Shown: positions 17,994-27,660 of the stretch, piece by piece
How positions within the stretch are numbered: the first letter of the stretch is position 1
Layout: each line of letters opens with the position of its first letter
Assembly: GCA_035714165.1 (NCBI GenBank)
Contig: DASTMN010000021.1
Coordinates: 6,399 to 70,398, forward strand
Length of the DNA stretch: 64,000 nt
From: Rhizomicrobium sp.
GTDB taxonomy: Bacteria > Pseudomonadota > Alphaproteobacteria > Micropepsales > Micropepsaceae
Direction of reading: 5' to 3'
The notes under the pieces: generated by a model
Told to the model about the DNA's origin: nothing
Database searches by the model: none
The model's input: the letters and a program-made list of their open reading frames with translations, nothing else
Made by a program: the position numbers and the translations under genes

Positions 17994-18686
17994 TCAGTGT
18001 GCGGGCACGGCGGCGGGCGCCGCCTTCCCGTCCTGATGGCCTTCCGCGCGGAAGGCCAGCCAGCGGTCGGCATAGCGCAGCAGAAGCGCCGCAACCATCA
18101 GGCAAAGGCTGATTTCATAGAAAGCGTCGTGCCGGTGCGGGCCGGAAATGCGCGACAGGGCCATCAGGCTGTAGCAGGACCAGAAATAGATGGCGGCGGT
18201 GCCCAGAAGGGCGCGGCGCATCTTCTCGCCGATCACAGGCGCCCCACCCAGCCGCTTCAGCGGCGTGGCGGTCAGGGCCATCACCACAACCACCAGACTG
18301 CCGAAGGTTGTCATCAGCACCGCACCGGCGGACAGCTGGATCACATTGGGCAGGAAAACCGACAGCAGGTAGACGCCATAGCTGGCGCAGAAACCCCAGA
18401 CCAGCTTGCGGCTGACATTGGGCAAATCCAGGCCGGGGCGGAAATGATCCAGCAGCCGCAGGAGAGGCCCCGCCACCAGCGCCGCGAAAAAGACGAAGCA
18501 GGTGTAGCGCCAGGCAAGCTGGCTGCCCAGGCGGAAACCGTTTTCGGCAAAGCCGCGCGACAGGATGGCGCCCGCCACCAGAAGCACCGCGCCCAGGGCG
18601 ATGGCGCCGGTCAGGGCATGAATGGAGAGCCGCAGGCGCGGAACCTGGCGCAGGCCGAAAATGGCACTGTTGTCGAGCGCGACCAT
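17994..18686 (-). CDS. Hypothetical 6-TM membrane protein, remote ferric-reductase-like (MsrQ-type) TM fold
   Basis: Six hydrophobic segments; spacing of the G.....R.T/A, R....W.F and MA.T....KRLG motifs resembles MsrQ-like proteins. Confidence 0.5.
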   Translation of the reverse strand: MVALDNSAIFGLRQVPRLRLSIHALTGAIALGAVLLVAGAILSRGFAENGFRLGSQLAWRYTCFVFFAALVAGPLLRLLDHFRPGLDLPNVSRKLVWGFCASYGVYLLSVFLPNVIQLSAGAVLMTTFGSLVVVVMALTATPLKRLGGAPVIGEKMRRALLGTAAIYFWSCYSLMALSRISGPHRHDAFYEISLCLMVAALLLRYADRWLAFRAEGHQDGKAAPAAVPAH

Positions 18687-18774
18687 GTGCTGAAACCCCA
18701 CCAATTGCGTCCTGGTGTGGCAACGCACAATGGCGCGGAAAAGTGCCCGCCTGCCCCGATATTTCTCGCAGCCT

Positions 18775-19854
18775 TTATCGCATCAGGGCCACGGCGAAGC
18801 CCGCGACCGGCTGGTTTGCCTCATGGCGTGGCGTGGCGGCCACAAGCCCGGCCACCGACAGGCCGCTTTGTTCCGCCAGAGCGCGCAAATAGGCTTCAGA
18901 ATGCCGCCAGCGGCGCTTGGGGCCAAGCGCGAAACCTTCGCCCTCTTTGGCCTCGGTGGTGAAAAGAAAGAAACCATCCGGCGCCAGCCGGGCGCGCGCA
19001 CCCGCCAGGACGGCGGCCAGGTCGCCCAGATAGACCAGGGTGTCGGCGGCGACGATCAGGTCATAGGCCGGGCCGGGCGCAGCCAGCGCCGTTTCCAGGT
19101 CGGCCACCATCAGGTCATCGTAAATCTTCTTCTCCCGCGCCCTTGCGATCATGGCGGGCGACAGGTCCACGCCGTCCAGCCGCGCCGCCAGCGGCCGGAA
19201 GGCTTCGCCCGACAGGCCGGTGCCGCAGCCCAGGTCCAGGATCGCAAGTGCCTCGCGCCCCGGCATCACCATCGCCGCCAGGTCGCGCAGGATTTGCGGC
19301 CCGGCATAGGCCAGATGGACGGTCATGCGGCGGTCGTAATCGGCGCTGAACTGGTCGAACAGGTGACGCACATAACCGGCATCGGATCGGGGCGCGGCCT
19401 TGATGGCGCGTGCGCGCGCGGCCAGCGCCTCCACCGCCGCACCGGCTTCGATCCCCTCCAGGCTTTCCAGCGCCTTGTCCGCCTCGCCCGCCCGCAGCCA
19501 GGCCTCGGCGAGCAGAAGCCGCGCCTGCGACAGCTCCGGGTCTATCCGCAGGGCCTGTTGCAGCTCGGCGATGGCGGCAGGCAGCAGTTCGGCCGCCAGC
19601 AGGGCTTCGCCAAAGGCCAGCAGGACGGGTGCGACGTCCGGATAGGCCAGGGCAAGGTCACGCGCGTCTTCCAGCGCCGTGGCGACGTCATTGCAGGCCA
19701 GCAGCGCCCGCACCAGGGTCAGGCGCGACAGCAGGCCGCCGCGCCCTTCCCGCAGCCGCGCACGCAAATCCCGCACCGCTTCATCCGCCCGGCCCTGCGC
19801 GATCAGCGCCCCGGCGGCCGCGATGGGATCGCCCTCTGTTTCAGGATGCGCCAA
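18775..19854 (-). CDS. TPR-repeat protein fused to a class I SAM-dependent methyltransferase
   Basis: N-terminal TPR helices; YVRHLFDQFS..YD, LDLGCGTG, GVDLS..M, AADTLVYLGDL motifs; probable TTG start at 19854. Confidence 0.82.
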   Translation of the reverse strand: MAHPETEGDPIAAAGALIAQGRADEAVRDLRARLREGRGGLLSRLTLVRALLACNDVATALEDARDLALAYPDVAPVLLAFGEALLAAELLPAAIAELQQALRIDPELSQARLLLAEAWLRAGEADKALESLEGIEAGAAVEALAARARAIKAAPRSDAGYVRHLFDQFSADYDRRMTVHLAYAGPQILRDLAAMVMPGREALAILDLGCGTGLSGEAFRPLAARLDGVDLSPAMIARAREKKIYDDLMVADLETALAAPGPAYDLIVAADTLVYLGDLAAVLAGARARLAPDGFFLFTTEAKEGEGFALGPKRRWRHSEAYLRALAEQSGLSVAGLVAATPRHEANQPVAGFAVALMR

Positions 19855-20722
19855 GCAGGCACAGGCCGTTGTTGAGCACCACCGTGCCCGGGCGTTCCTT
19901 GACCGAAGCCCGCCAGGAAATCGTGCTTCCGTCCTGCCACAGCTCCACCACCAGCGTTTCGCCCGGAAAAACCGGCTTGGAGAAGCGCACATCGAACTGG
20001 GTGATCCGTTCCGGCTGGTACTGCGCGAGCGTGGACAGGATCGCCCGGCAGGCGGTGCCATAGGAACACAGCCCATGCAGGATGGGGCGCGGAAAGCCCA
20101 CCATCTTCGCGAAAGCCGGATCGCGGTGCAGCGGATTGCGGTCGCCCGACAGCGCATAGAGAAAGGCCTGGTCGGGACGGGTATCGGCCTCGGTCACCAG
20201 ATCGGGTGCGCGGTCGGGCAGCACATGCAGCGGCGGTCCACCTTCCGGCGATCCACCGAAGCCGCCATCCCCGCGCGCGAAGATCGAAGTCACGATGGTG
20301 AACAGCTTGTCGCCGGACGCGGCATCGCGGCTGACCCGCTCCTGCACCAGCACCGCGCCCTTGCCTTCGCCCTTGTCCAGGATGGCCAGCATCCGCTCGT
20401 CGGACACGACTTCGCACTTGGGCGGCAGCGGCTTGTGGAAGGTGATGCGCCGCTCGCCATCCACCACCATGGCGAAATTGATGTTGGATGTCTGCGGCAT
20501 GCGCTGGCGTTCGGGCGGGGCCTCGCCGCGCGCGATCACGCTGGCGAAGGTCGGCACGACTTTCAGCCCGTTATTCTCATAGACGAAAGGCAGTTCCTGC
20601 GCGTTCAGCGGATCGCGCCCCATGCCCACGCCCAGGGCATAGAGCATCACGTCCTTTTCGTCGTAGCGCGACGCCAGCCCGGTCGCGCCGGACTGCATCA
20701 TGTCGTCATAGTCAATCGGCAT
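19841..20722 (-). CDS. MaoC-family double hot-dog (R)-specific enoyl-CoA hydratase (MFE-2 hydratase-like)
   Basis: YDEKDVMLYALGVG, catalytic YALSGDRNPLH.DP..A, GFPRPILHGLC motifs. Confidence 0.9.
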   Translation of the reverse strand: MPIDYDDMMQSGATGLASRYDEKDVMLYALGVGMGRDPLNAQELPFVYENNGLKVVPTFASVIARGEAPPERQRMPQTSNINFAMVVDGERRITFHKPLPPKCEVVSDERMLAILDKGEGKGAVLVQERVSRDAASGDKLFTIVTSIFARGDGGFGGSPEGGPPLHVLPDRAPDLVTEADTRPDQAFLYALSGDRNPLHRDPAFAKMVGFPRPILHGLCSYGTACRAILSTLAQYQPERITQFDVRFSKPVFPGETLVVELWQDGSTISWRASVKERPGTVVLNNGLCLLGAS

Positions 20723-20767
20723 AAGCACCTCGCCGAACCAATTTAGGCGCTGTAGGATCACATTTCC

Positions 20768-21244
20768 ATGTCCCTGCCCGCGCCATCCTCCACACCGTCC
20801 GCACCGCCGCCGCCCGGCTATCCGCCCAGACGCGGCAATGGCTGCCTGTGGGGATGCCTGGGCCTGGTGGTGCTGCTGTGCCTGCCCATGATCCTGGCCG
20901 CCGGTTACGGAAGCTGGTTCCTCTGGACCGGCTACAAGCGCAATCCCGTCCTGCGGGTGGTGGGCGAGCTGGTCCGGCATGACGGCACCGCCCGCATGGT
21001 GCTGGGCGATAACATCGTCATCACCGGCGTGCAGGGCGGCGTCTTCTCCTGGGTCCAGGGCATCAGCCGGTCCGCCACGCTGGTCGAACTGGAAGGCAGC
21101 CGGGGCCAGGGCGTGCTGGCGGTGACATCCCATAACGAGGCGGGCGGGCCGAAGCTGGACAGCGCCATCCTTACCGGCCCGGACGGCGGCCGCCATGATT
21201 TGCTGCGCGGCGTCACGATCCGCGCGCCGGACGGCTCCATCTGA
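20768..21244 (+). CDS. Single-pass membrane protein, Coa1-like family
   Basis: Pro-rich N-terminus, GCL.GC TM segment, then LG..I...G......A.L...L.GS.G.G.L pattern. Confidence 0.5.
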   Translation: MSLPAPSSTPSAPPPPGYPPRRGNGCLWGCLGLVVLLCLPMILAAGYGSWFLWTGYKRNPVLRVVGELVRHDGTARMVLGDNIVITGVQGGVFSWVQGISRSATLVELEGSRGQGVLAVTSHNEAGGPKLDSAILTGPDGGRHDLLRGVTIRAPDGSI

Positions 21245-21335
21245 GCGTGTGGCCGTCCGTGCGGATTGCGTCTGGCCCTGCCGCCGCAACACCGCTAGCC
21301 TTCCCGCCAACAACAATAAAAACGGGAGGGAATGG

Positions 21336-22205
21336 ATGCGGACGATCCTTGCGGCGATGGCCGTGGCGGTGCTGGCGATTCCGGCGCTGGCGCAAGACTT
21401 CCATGTGGACCCCACCTTCCTGCATCGCCACCTGCCGGACATCGCGGTGGGCAAGGCGGGACTTTCCAGCGCCACCGCCGCCTGGCGGCCGGTCTTTGGC
21501 GAGGGCGACGCCAATTCCGGCATCCTCAAGGGCGTGTCGCGCTTCGGCGAACTGAGCGTGGCCGCCGGGGGCGCCAGCACCGCCATGCGCTATCCCCGCG
21601 AGGAGAATGTCATCGTCATCCGCGAGGGCGAAGGCAGCATCCTGTATGACGGCAAGGCCAATCCGGTGAAGGCCGACGACTTTGTCTATATCCCGCCGGG
21701 CGTGGAATTTTCCGTCCGGGCCGGGCCCAGGCCGCTGAAGGCCGTCATCACCGGATTCAGGATACCGGAAGGCACGCAGATCAAGCTGCCCGCCGCCATG
21801 CCGGTCGCCAACATTTCCGAGGTCCAGTTGACGGAAGTGGCGGGCCATCCCAACTCGGCGCGCTATCGCCTGCTGATGGGCGACACCGCCAGCAAGCGCG
21901 ACCGGCTGGCTGTGGCACACACCATGGTCAGCCTCTACCTGCTGGAACTGGCGCCGGGCGGCACCAATGCGCCGCACCATCACGAATTGCAGGAGGAAAT
22001 CTACCTGCTGCTGGACGGCAGCGGCGAGATGGTGGCGGGCAGCGGCATGAACGGCATCGAGGGCCGGTATCCGGCCAAGCCGGGCGACGCCTATTTCTAC
22101 CGCGCCAACGCCACGGTCGGTTTCTACAATGCCAAGGACAGGCCCGCGCGCATCCTGGCGCTGCGCAACACCGCGCCGCTGGGCATCGGCCTGCGCGACC
22201 GCTGA
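21336..22205 (+). CDS. Exported bicupin protein
   Basis: Sec signal (MRTILAAMAVAVLAIPALA); two cupin barrels, C-terminal one with PHHHELQEEIY; GGGAGGG RBS. Confidence 0.8.
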   Translation: MRTILAAMAVAVLAIPALAQDFHVDPTFLHRHLPDIAVGKAGLSSATAAWRPVFGEGDANSGILKGVSRFGELSVAAGGASTAMRYPREENVIVIREGEGSILYDGKANPVKADDFVYIPPGVEFSVRAGPRPLKAVITGFRIPEGTQIKLPAAMPVANISEVQLTEVAGHPNSARYRLLMGDTASKRDRLAVAHTMVSLYLLELAPGGTNAPHHHELQEEIYLLLDGSGEMVAGSGMNGIEGRYPAKPGDAYFYRANATVGFYNAKDRPARILALRNTAPLGIGLRDR

Positions 22206-22215
22206 GGAGACAGCC

Positions 22216-23466
22216 ATGCAACGCCGCGATTTCCTCCGCTATGCCGCCAGCCTTCCCGCCGCCGCGCTGTTCGCGCCGTTGAACGCGCTGGCCCAGCCCG
22301 CGCGCGGGCAGGTGAAGATCACCGCCATCCAGGCCGTCGGCCTGAAGGACCCGGGCAGCACATCGATCAAGCAGCAGTCGCTGATCCGCATCGATACCGA
22401 TGCCGGGATCAGCGGCTATGGCGAGTGCGGCGCTGATGGCCCGGTCGCCCGGCGCGTCATCGCCAATTACAACGGCGCGGGCCGCCTTCCCCATCTGGGC
22501 CTGATCGGCAAGGACCCGCTGGCGATCCAGGTCCATTTCCACAACATGTTCTATGCCTATGAGCAGCGGGACCGCGCCATCCGCGTGCTGAGCGGCATCG
22601 ACATGGCGCTGTGGGACCTGGCGGGCAAGATCCTGAACCTGCCGGTGTCGAAACTGCTGGGCGGCAACTTCCGCGACGAGATCGACCTTTACTCGCACTG
22701 TCCCGGCGGCGATTTCCTCGACAAGGGCGCCTGGCGCGCCCGCGCCGCCGAACTGAAGGCCGACCCGCACGGCTTCAAGGCCTTCAAGGTGGACACCCAC
22801 CATGTGCTGGGCGTGCCGATGCAGCAGTATACGCCCAGCCTGGGGCCGCAGGATTTCCGCAAGATGGAGCGCGCCTATGCCCTGGCACGCGAGGCGCTGG
22901 GCGACGACACCGACATACTGGTGCACTGCCATTGCGAGTTCGATGTGCCCAGCGCCATCGGCATCGCCCGCGCCATCGAGCCGATCCGGCCGCTCTATTT
23001 CGAGGACGCGCTCCAGCCGGGCTGGTCGGAGGGGTGGAACGCCCTGCGCCGCGCCACCAAAGTGCCGCTGATGACCGGCGAGAACATGGAACTGGCGGAA
23101 TGGGCCGTTCCCTTCCTGGAGAACCAGGCCGTGGACATCTTCCAGCCCGACATTATCAATTCGGGCGGCATCACCGGTACCAAGATGATCGCCGACACCG
23201 CCGCGCGCTGGCGCATTCCCATCGCCCTGCACAATGTCAGCGGCCTGTTCCTGAACCTGGCCTCGCAGCAGCTTGCCGCCGCTTTGTTCAACTGCCCGCG
23301 CATCGAATGTTCGCGCAATGCGACGAAACTCCAATGGGCCAAGACCAACCCGTTGGTGATCCAGGGCGGCAGGATGAAAGTGCTGGCCCTGCCCGGCCTG
23401 GGCGCGGAACCCGATCCCGATTTCGTCCGCGCCAACATGGCGCCGGGGGAAAGCGGCTGGGCCTGA
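22216..23466 (+). CDS. Mandelate racemase/muconate-lactonizing (enolase superfamily) acid-sugar dehydratase with Tat signal
   Basis: MQRRDFL twin-arginine leader; TDAGISGYGE, SGIDMALWDLAGK, KAFK, YFED, TGEN, IALHN motifs. Confidence 0.88.
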   Translation: MQRRDFLRYAASLPAAALFAPLNALAQPARGQVKITAIQAVGLKDPGSTSIKQQSLIRIDTDAGISGYGECGADGPVARRVIANYNGAGRLPHLGLIGKDPLAIQVHFHNMFYAYEQRDRAIRVLSGIDMALWDLAGKILNLPVSKLLGGNFRDEIDLYSHCPGGDFLDKGAWRARAAELKADPHGFKAFKVDTHHVLGVPMQQYTPSLGPQDFRKMERAYALAREALGDDTDILVHCHCEFDVPSAIGIARAIEPIRPLYFEDALQPGWSEGWNALRRATKVPLMTGENMELAEWAVPFLENQAVDIFQPDIINSGGITGTKMIADTAARWRIPIALHNVSGLFLNLASQQLAAALFNCPRIECSRNATKLQWAKTNPLVIQGGRMKVLALPGLGAEPDPDFVRANMAPGESGWA

Positions 23467-23482
23467 CCCCGGCTTGCCGGGT

Positions 23483-25264
23483 CTAGCCTTTGCGCGCGAT
23501 CGCGGTTGAAGGCCAGGGCAGGCCCGGCCCGTCGGCGGCGATATCGGCCAGCGGCACGCCGTTGCGGTCGATGCAGATGCGGGCCGTGTCATAGCCCTGC
23601 TGGATGGCGGCATCGAACTTCTTCCAGTCGCGCAACTGGATGTCCGGCATGGGCGGCTCGATCAGGAAATCGCACTGTTCGCGCACCACGCGGCGCTGGG
23701 CTTCCGATCCCACCGTGCCCGACCGCATCAGAATGGAGATGATGCTGGGATTGCCGCGCATCCGCTGGCCGATCAGCCACCACCAGGGCCGTTCGCCATA
23801 GCGGGAGTCCTGGGCCTTGAGATCGATCTCGCCGGTGATGTCGCAGGCGATGATCGGCCCTTCGCCGCCATGCTCGCGCATCACATCCACCGGCAGGTTG
23901 TTCATCACCCCGCCATCCACCAGCAGGTGCCCGTGATGAGTGACCGGCGGCAGGATGCCCGGCAGCGCCACGCTGGCGCGCAGCGCCCGCCACAGCTTGC
24001 CCTCGCGATGGACATGGATGCGGCCGTTGGTGAGGTCGGACGACACCGCGAAGAACGGCAGCGGCAGTTCCTCGATACAGGCTTCGTCGAAATGCTCGCG
24101 CAACCGGGTGCTGACCTTGCGGCCGCGCACGATGGCGATCAGGGGAAGCGTGTAATCCGACAGCGGATTGTCGTCCACGAACACCGCCCGCATCCGCTCG
24201 CGCAGTTCGTGCACATCCCATTCGCGCGCCAGCCCCGCCGCGATGATCGCGCCCATCGAGGTGCCGCCCAGCTGGTCGAAGGGCACGCCCGCTTCCTGCA
24301 GGGCGCGGATGATGCCGATATGGGCGAAGCCCCGCGCGCCACCGCCCGCCAGCACCAGCCCCACGGCGCGCCCGGCGACGAACCGCGCCACCCGCGCCAC
24401 GTCGCGCGCATGACCGGCGCGCAGGTGATGATGCGCCTTGAACAACCCGGCACGGGTGGAAAAATGCTCCGGCAAGACGGCGCTGGCGCCGTCGGGATGC
24501 AGCAGCAGCAGTTCGGGCAGGCCCGAAGCCCGCGCCTTGAAGGCCGGCATGTCCAGCGGCCGCTGCGGCAAGGGCCGGTCGGCGCGCGCCAGCAGGAAAA
24601 TGCGGTCGGCCTGGCGCAGGCACTGGTTCGTCCAGGGGCTGTCGGGCGCATCGCCGCGATAGAAAACGATATCGTGCGCCGCCTCGAAGGTGGCGAACCA
24701 GTCCGCCGTCTGGTCGCTGGAGGCGAAATCCAGCACCGCCGCCTTGATGCCGATCCGGCCCAGCGCCTCGGCCAGCCGCCGCGCGATGGGCGCATCGTTC
24801 AGGCCCGGCTGCATCGGCACGATGGCGAAGGTCTTGGGCCGGGGCTTCTCGCTGCCGCGATTGGCGTCCTTCAGCCGCTTCACCAGCATCTGCATCAGGT
24901 TCATCATCACGCGCGGATGCCGCCCGATCAGGGCCTCGAAGCCGTCCGGGCTGATGCGCAGCAGTTCGGTGTCGCGCAGCGCCACGAGCTGGGCGCTGTG
25001 ATTGGCGCTGGGCTGGATCAGCGACATCTCGCCCACCGTCTCGCCCGCGGGCACCAGCGCCACCATGCGGCGCGCGCCAGTGTCATCGGCCACGAACACG
25101 CCCAGGCTTCCGGTCACCACCAGGAACAGCGCCGCGTCATTCTCGCCGCCGCGTTCCAGCATCCAGCCGCCTGGCAGGCCGAACCAGTTGGCCTCGCTGA
25201 GCAGGTTTCGCAAAGCGGCATCGCCCACATTGTCCAGCAATGCGAAGCCGTGCAGCCTTTCCAT
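23483..25264 (-). CDS. cNMP-binding-domain patatin-like phospholipase (NTE/RssA-like)
   Basis: N-terminal CAP-type domain (GETVGEMSLI); patatin GGGARG, GTSMG, DGG motifs. Confidence 0.88.
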   Translation of the reverse strand: MERLHGFALLDNVGDAALRNLLSEANWFGLPGGWMLERGGENDAALFLVVTGSLGVFVADDTGARRMVALVPAGETVGEMSLIQPSANHSAQLVALRDTELLRISPDGFEALIGRHPRVMMNLMQMLVKRLKDANRGSEKPRPKTFAIVPMQPGLNDAPIARRLAEALGRIGIKAAVLDFASSDQTADWFATFEAAHDIVFYRGDAPDSPWTNQCLRQADRIFLLARADRPLPQRPLDMPAFKARASGLPELLLLHPDGASAVLPEHFSTRAGLFKAHHHLRAGHARDVARVARFVAGRAVGLVLAGGGARGFAHIGIIRALQEAGVPFDQLGGTSMGAIIAAGLAREWDVHELRERMRAVFVDDNPLSDYTLPLIAIVRGRKVSTRLREHFDEACIEELPLPFFAVSSDLTNGRIHVHREGKLWRALRASVALPGILPPVTHHGHLLVDGGVMNNLPVDVMREHGGEGPIIACDITGEIDLKAQDSRYGERPWWWLIGQRMRGNPSIISILMRSGTVGSEAQRRVVREQCDFLIEPPMPDIQLRDWKKFDAAIQQGYDTARICIDRNGVPLADIAADGPGLPWPSTAIARKG

Positions 25265-25350
25265 CAGTCCTTCGGGATAGACGGTCTGCTGGCCGACGCG
25301 GAAGGAAGACAGGAACGCCATCCGCTCTCTTTACCCCAGGGCTTCCAGAC

Positions 25351-26127
25351 TCACCAAGCGGTCCAGCCGCCATCCACATTGAGCGCCGCGCCGGTGACGA
25401 AGCGGGATGCGGGCGCGGCCAGGAACAGCAGCGGACCGGCGATATCCTCCGGCCTGCCCAACCGCCCCAGCATGGTGCGCGCCGCCAGCCTTTCGCCAAA
25501 GGCCGCCTCCACGCGCGCCGGAAAGGGGCCGGGCACCAGCGCGTTGACGCGAATGCCCTGCGGTCCCAGTTCGGCGGCGAGATGGCGGGTCAACTGCAAC
25601 TGCGCCGCCTTGGCGGGACCGTAATGGAAGGGGCTTTGCCGGGCCGCATCGTCATAAAGACGCGCATCGGGCGAAACCTGGCCATACATGGAGGCGATGG
25701 TGATGACACTGGCATCACCACCTGCACGGACAGCGGCGGCCAAAGCGGGCCGCGCCGCGCGCACCGCCTCGAAACCGGCGGTGACGGCGCTGGCATAGGT
25801 GGCGGCAAAATCATCGGGCGTGAGATCGGAAAAGGACTTCACCTGCATCGCCACGGCGTTGTTCACCAGGATGTCCAGCCGGTCCAGCCCACCGAAGAAG
25901 CGCCGCACGGCCGCCATGTCGAAAGCGTCGAAGGCAGCGCGACTCACCGCATGGCCGTCGCGGCGAAGCGCCGACTCGAAATCCGCCAGCGCGGCATCGT
26001 CACGGCCATTGATAATGACATGGGCGCCCGCCGCGCACAGCGCGCGGGTCATGGCCGCGCCGAGATGGCCGCGGCTGCCCGAAATAAAGGCGGTTTTGCC
26101 GTCCAGACGGAAAAGAGGCTGCGACAT
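25351..26127 (-). CDS. SDR oxidoreductase
   Basis: SGSRGHLG, NNA, YGPAK, VNALVPG motifs. Confidence 0.88.
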   Translation of the reverse strand: MSQPLFRLDGKTAFISGSRGHLGAAMTRALCAAGAHVIINGRDDAALADFESALRRDGHAVSRAAFDAFDMAAVRRFFGGLDRLDILVNNAVAMQVKSFSDLTPDDFAATYASAVTAGFEAVRAARPALAAAVRAGGDASVITIASMYGQVSPDARLYDDAARQSPFHYGPAKAAQLQLTRHLAAELGPQGIRVNALVPGPFPARVEAAFGERLAARTMLGRLGRPEDIAGPLLFLAAPASRFVTGAALNVDGGWTAW

Positions 26128-26391
26128 GAAGGGGCGGTCCGGAACCCGCAGGCAACCTGACAGGGCATGGTAAATAAGCTATTACGGCGGCGCGGTGCCC
26201 CGTCGCTTTTTCGCTGCGCCGCAACATAAGAACTTTGCGAAGCTGCGCCGGCCTGTTGCCTTCTGGCCTGTCGCCTTATTGGAAACAGCCGACCGCCACA
26301 GTAAAGTTGCAAACAGGCTCACAATGGAAACGCATCTGGGGCTTTTCTTCGCGGCGGGTGTCCTGCCGCTTCACAAGGGAACGACTTCAAC

Positions 26392-27603
26392 ATGACCATC
26401 AAACTCTTCCGCGCCGCCATGACGGCGGGCCTGATGCTGGGCTTCGCGGCCGGCGGCGCCCTGGCGCAGTCCTCCGCGCCCAAGCTGACCGCGACCGTGG
26501 GCCAGCAGCTCAACGCCGCCCAGACCGCGGGCAAGGCCAAGGACTATCCCGGCGCGCTCGCCGCGATCGAGAAGGCCAAGGGCATCAGCAGCAAGAAGCC
26601 CTATGACGAACTCTGGATCTATCGCATCGAGATGAACACCTACATCCAGATGCAGGACATGGTGGGCGCCGCCAAGGCCGCCGAAGCCGCTGCCGACCTG
26701 GATCCCGCCGTGATCCCCGATGCCGAAAAGGCGAGCGTCTACAAGCCCGCGCTGCAGCTGGCGCTGAACCAGAAGCATTATGACAAGGCGGGCAAGTACG
26801 CCAAGCTGTTCCTGGCGACCACCCCGCCGCCCTCGGCCGCCGACCGTTCGCTGGCCACCCGCGCGCTGTTCTTCAGCGGCGATTATGCGGGCGCGACCGC
26901 GATGGCGCAGCAGAGCATCGACGCCGCCACCGCCGCCGGCCAGAAGCCCAACCGCGACGACCTGGACATCGTGATGAACGCGCAGGTCAAGCAGAACGAC
27001 CAGCCCGGCGCCGAAAAGACCCTGGAAACCCTGGTCACCAACTATGGCGATGCCGATGACTGGAAGCAGATCCTGGGCGTCTCGCTGAGCACCAAGGGCA
27101 TGCGCGACGTGGACTATATCTATGTCGGCCGCCTGTGGCCGCTGACCGGCGCGCCGATGGCCGCCGCCGACGCCAGCCTGTTCGGCTCCACCGCCAGCAA
27201 GCTGGGCCTGTATGGCGACGCCGTGAACGCGGTGAAGCAGGGCGGCACCGTCACGCCGGACCCGGCGCCCCGCGCCGAGGCCGACAAGAAAACCATCCCG
27301 GCGCAGATCGCGGCGGGCAAGGGCAAGGAAGGCGGCCAGTACAACGTCAAGCTGGCCCAGGCCCTGTATGGCTATGGCATGTATGCCGAGGCCGAAGCGG
27401 CGGCGAAGCTGGCCCAGACCAAGGGCGGCGCCACCGATCCGACCGAAGCGCCGATGATGATCGGCATGTCGCAGGCCGCGCAGAACAACTATGCCGACGC
27501 TGCCACCACCTTCGCCGGTATCACCGCGGCCAACCCGGCCTCGGCCCGCGTGGTGCGCCTGTGGACGGCCTATGTGAAGCAGAAGGCCGCGCCCGCGCAG
27601 TAA
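26392..27603 (+). CDS. Exported TPR-like all-alpha protein of unknown function
   Basis: Signal peptide ending ALA-Q, repeated helix pairs, strongly biased codon usage, RBS AAGGGA, followed by a terminator. Confidence 0.75.
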   Translation: MTIKLFRAAMTAGLMLGFAAGGALAQSSAPKLTATVGQQLNAAQTAGKAKDYPGALAAIEKAKGISSKKPYDELWIYRIEMNTYIQMQDMVGAAKAAEAAADLDPAVIPDAEKASVYKPALQLALNQKHYDKAGKYAKLFLATTPPPSAADRSLATRALFFSGDYAGATAMAQQSIDAATAAGQKPNRDDLDIVMNAQVKQNDQPGAEKTLETLVTNYGDADDWKQILGVSLSTKGMRDVDYIYVGRLWPLTGAPMAAADASLFGSTASKLGLYGDAVNAVKQGGTVTPDPAPRAEADKKTIPAQIAAGKGKEGGQYNVKLAQALYGYGMYAEAEAAAKLAQTKGGATDPTEAPMMIGMSQAAQNNYADAATTFAGITAANPASARVVRLWTAYVKQKAAPAQ

Positions 27604-27617
27604 GGGCATGACATCGG

Positions 27618-27660
27618 GGCCGGGGCGCGCGATAAAAGCGCGCCCCGGCCTTTTCTTTTC
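27618..27660 (+). terminator. Rho-independent terminator
   Basis: 13-bp stem GGCCGGGGCGCGC/GCGCGCCCCGGCC, 7-nt loop, then TTTTCTTTTC. Confidence 0.9.

Noticed and set aside
18722-18747. GGCAC-N17-CGTT on the minus strand upstream of the membrane protein gene
   Set aside because: One mismatch in the -35 core; plausible weak EcfG site but not distinguishable from chance.
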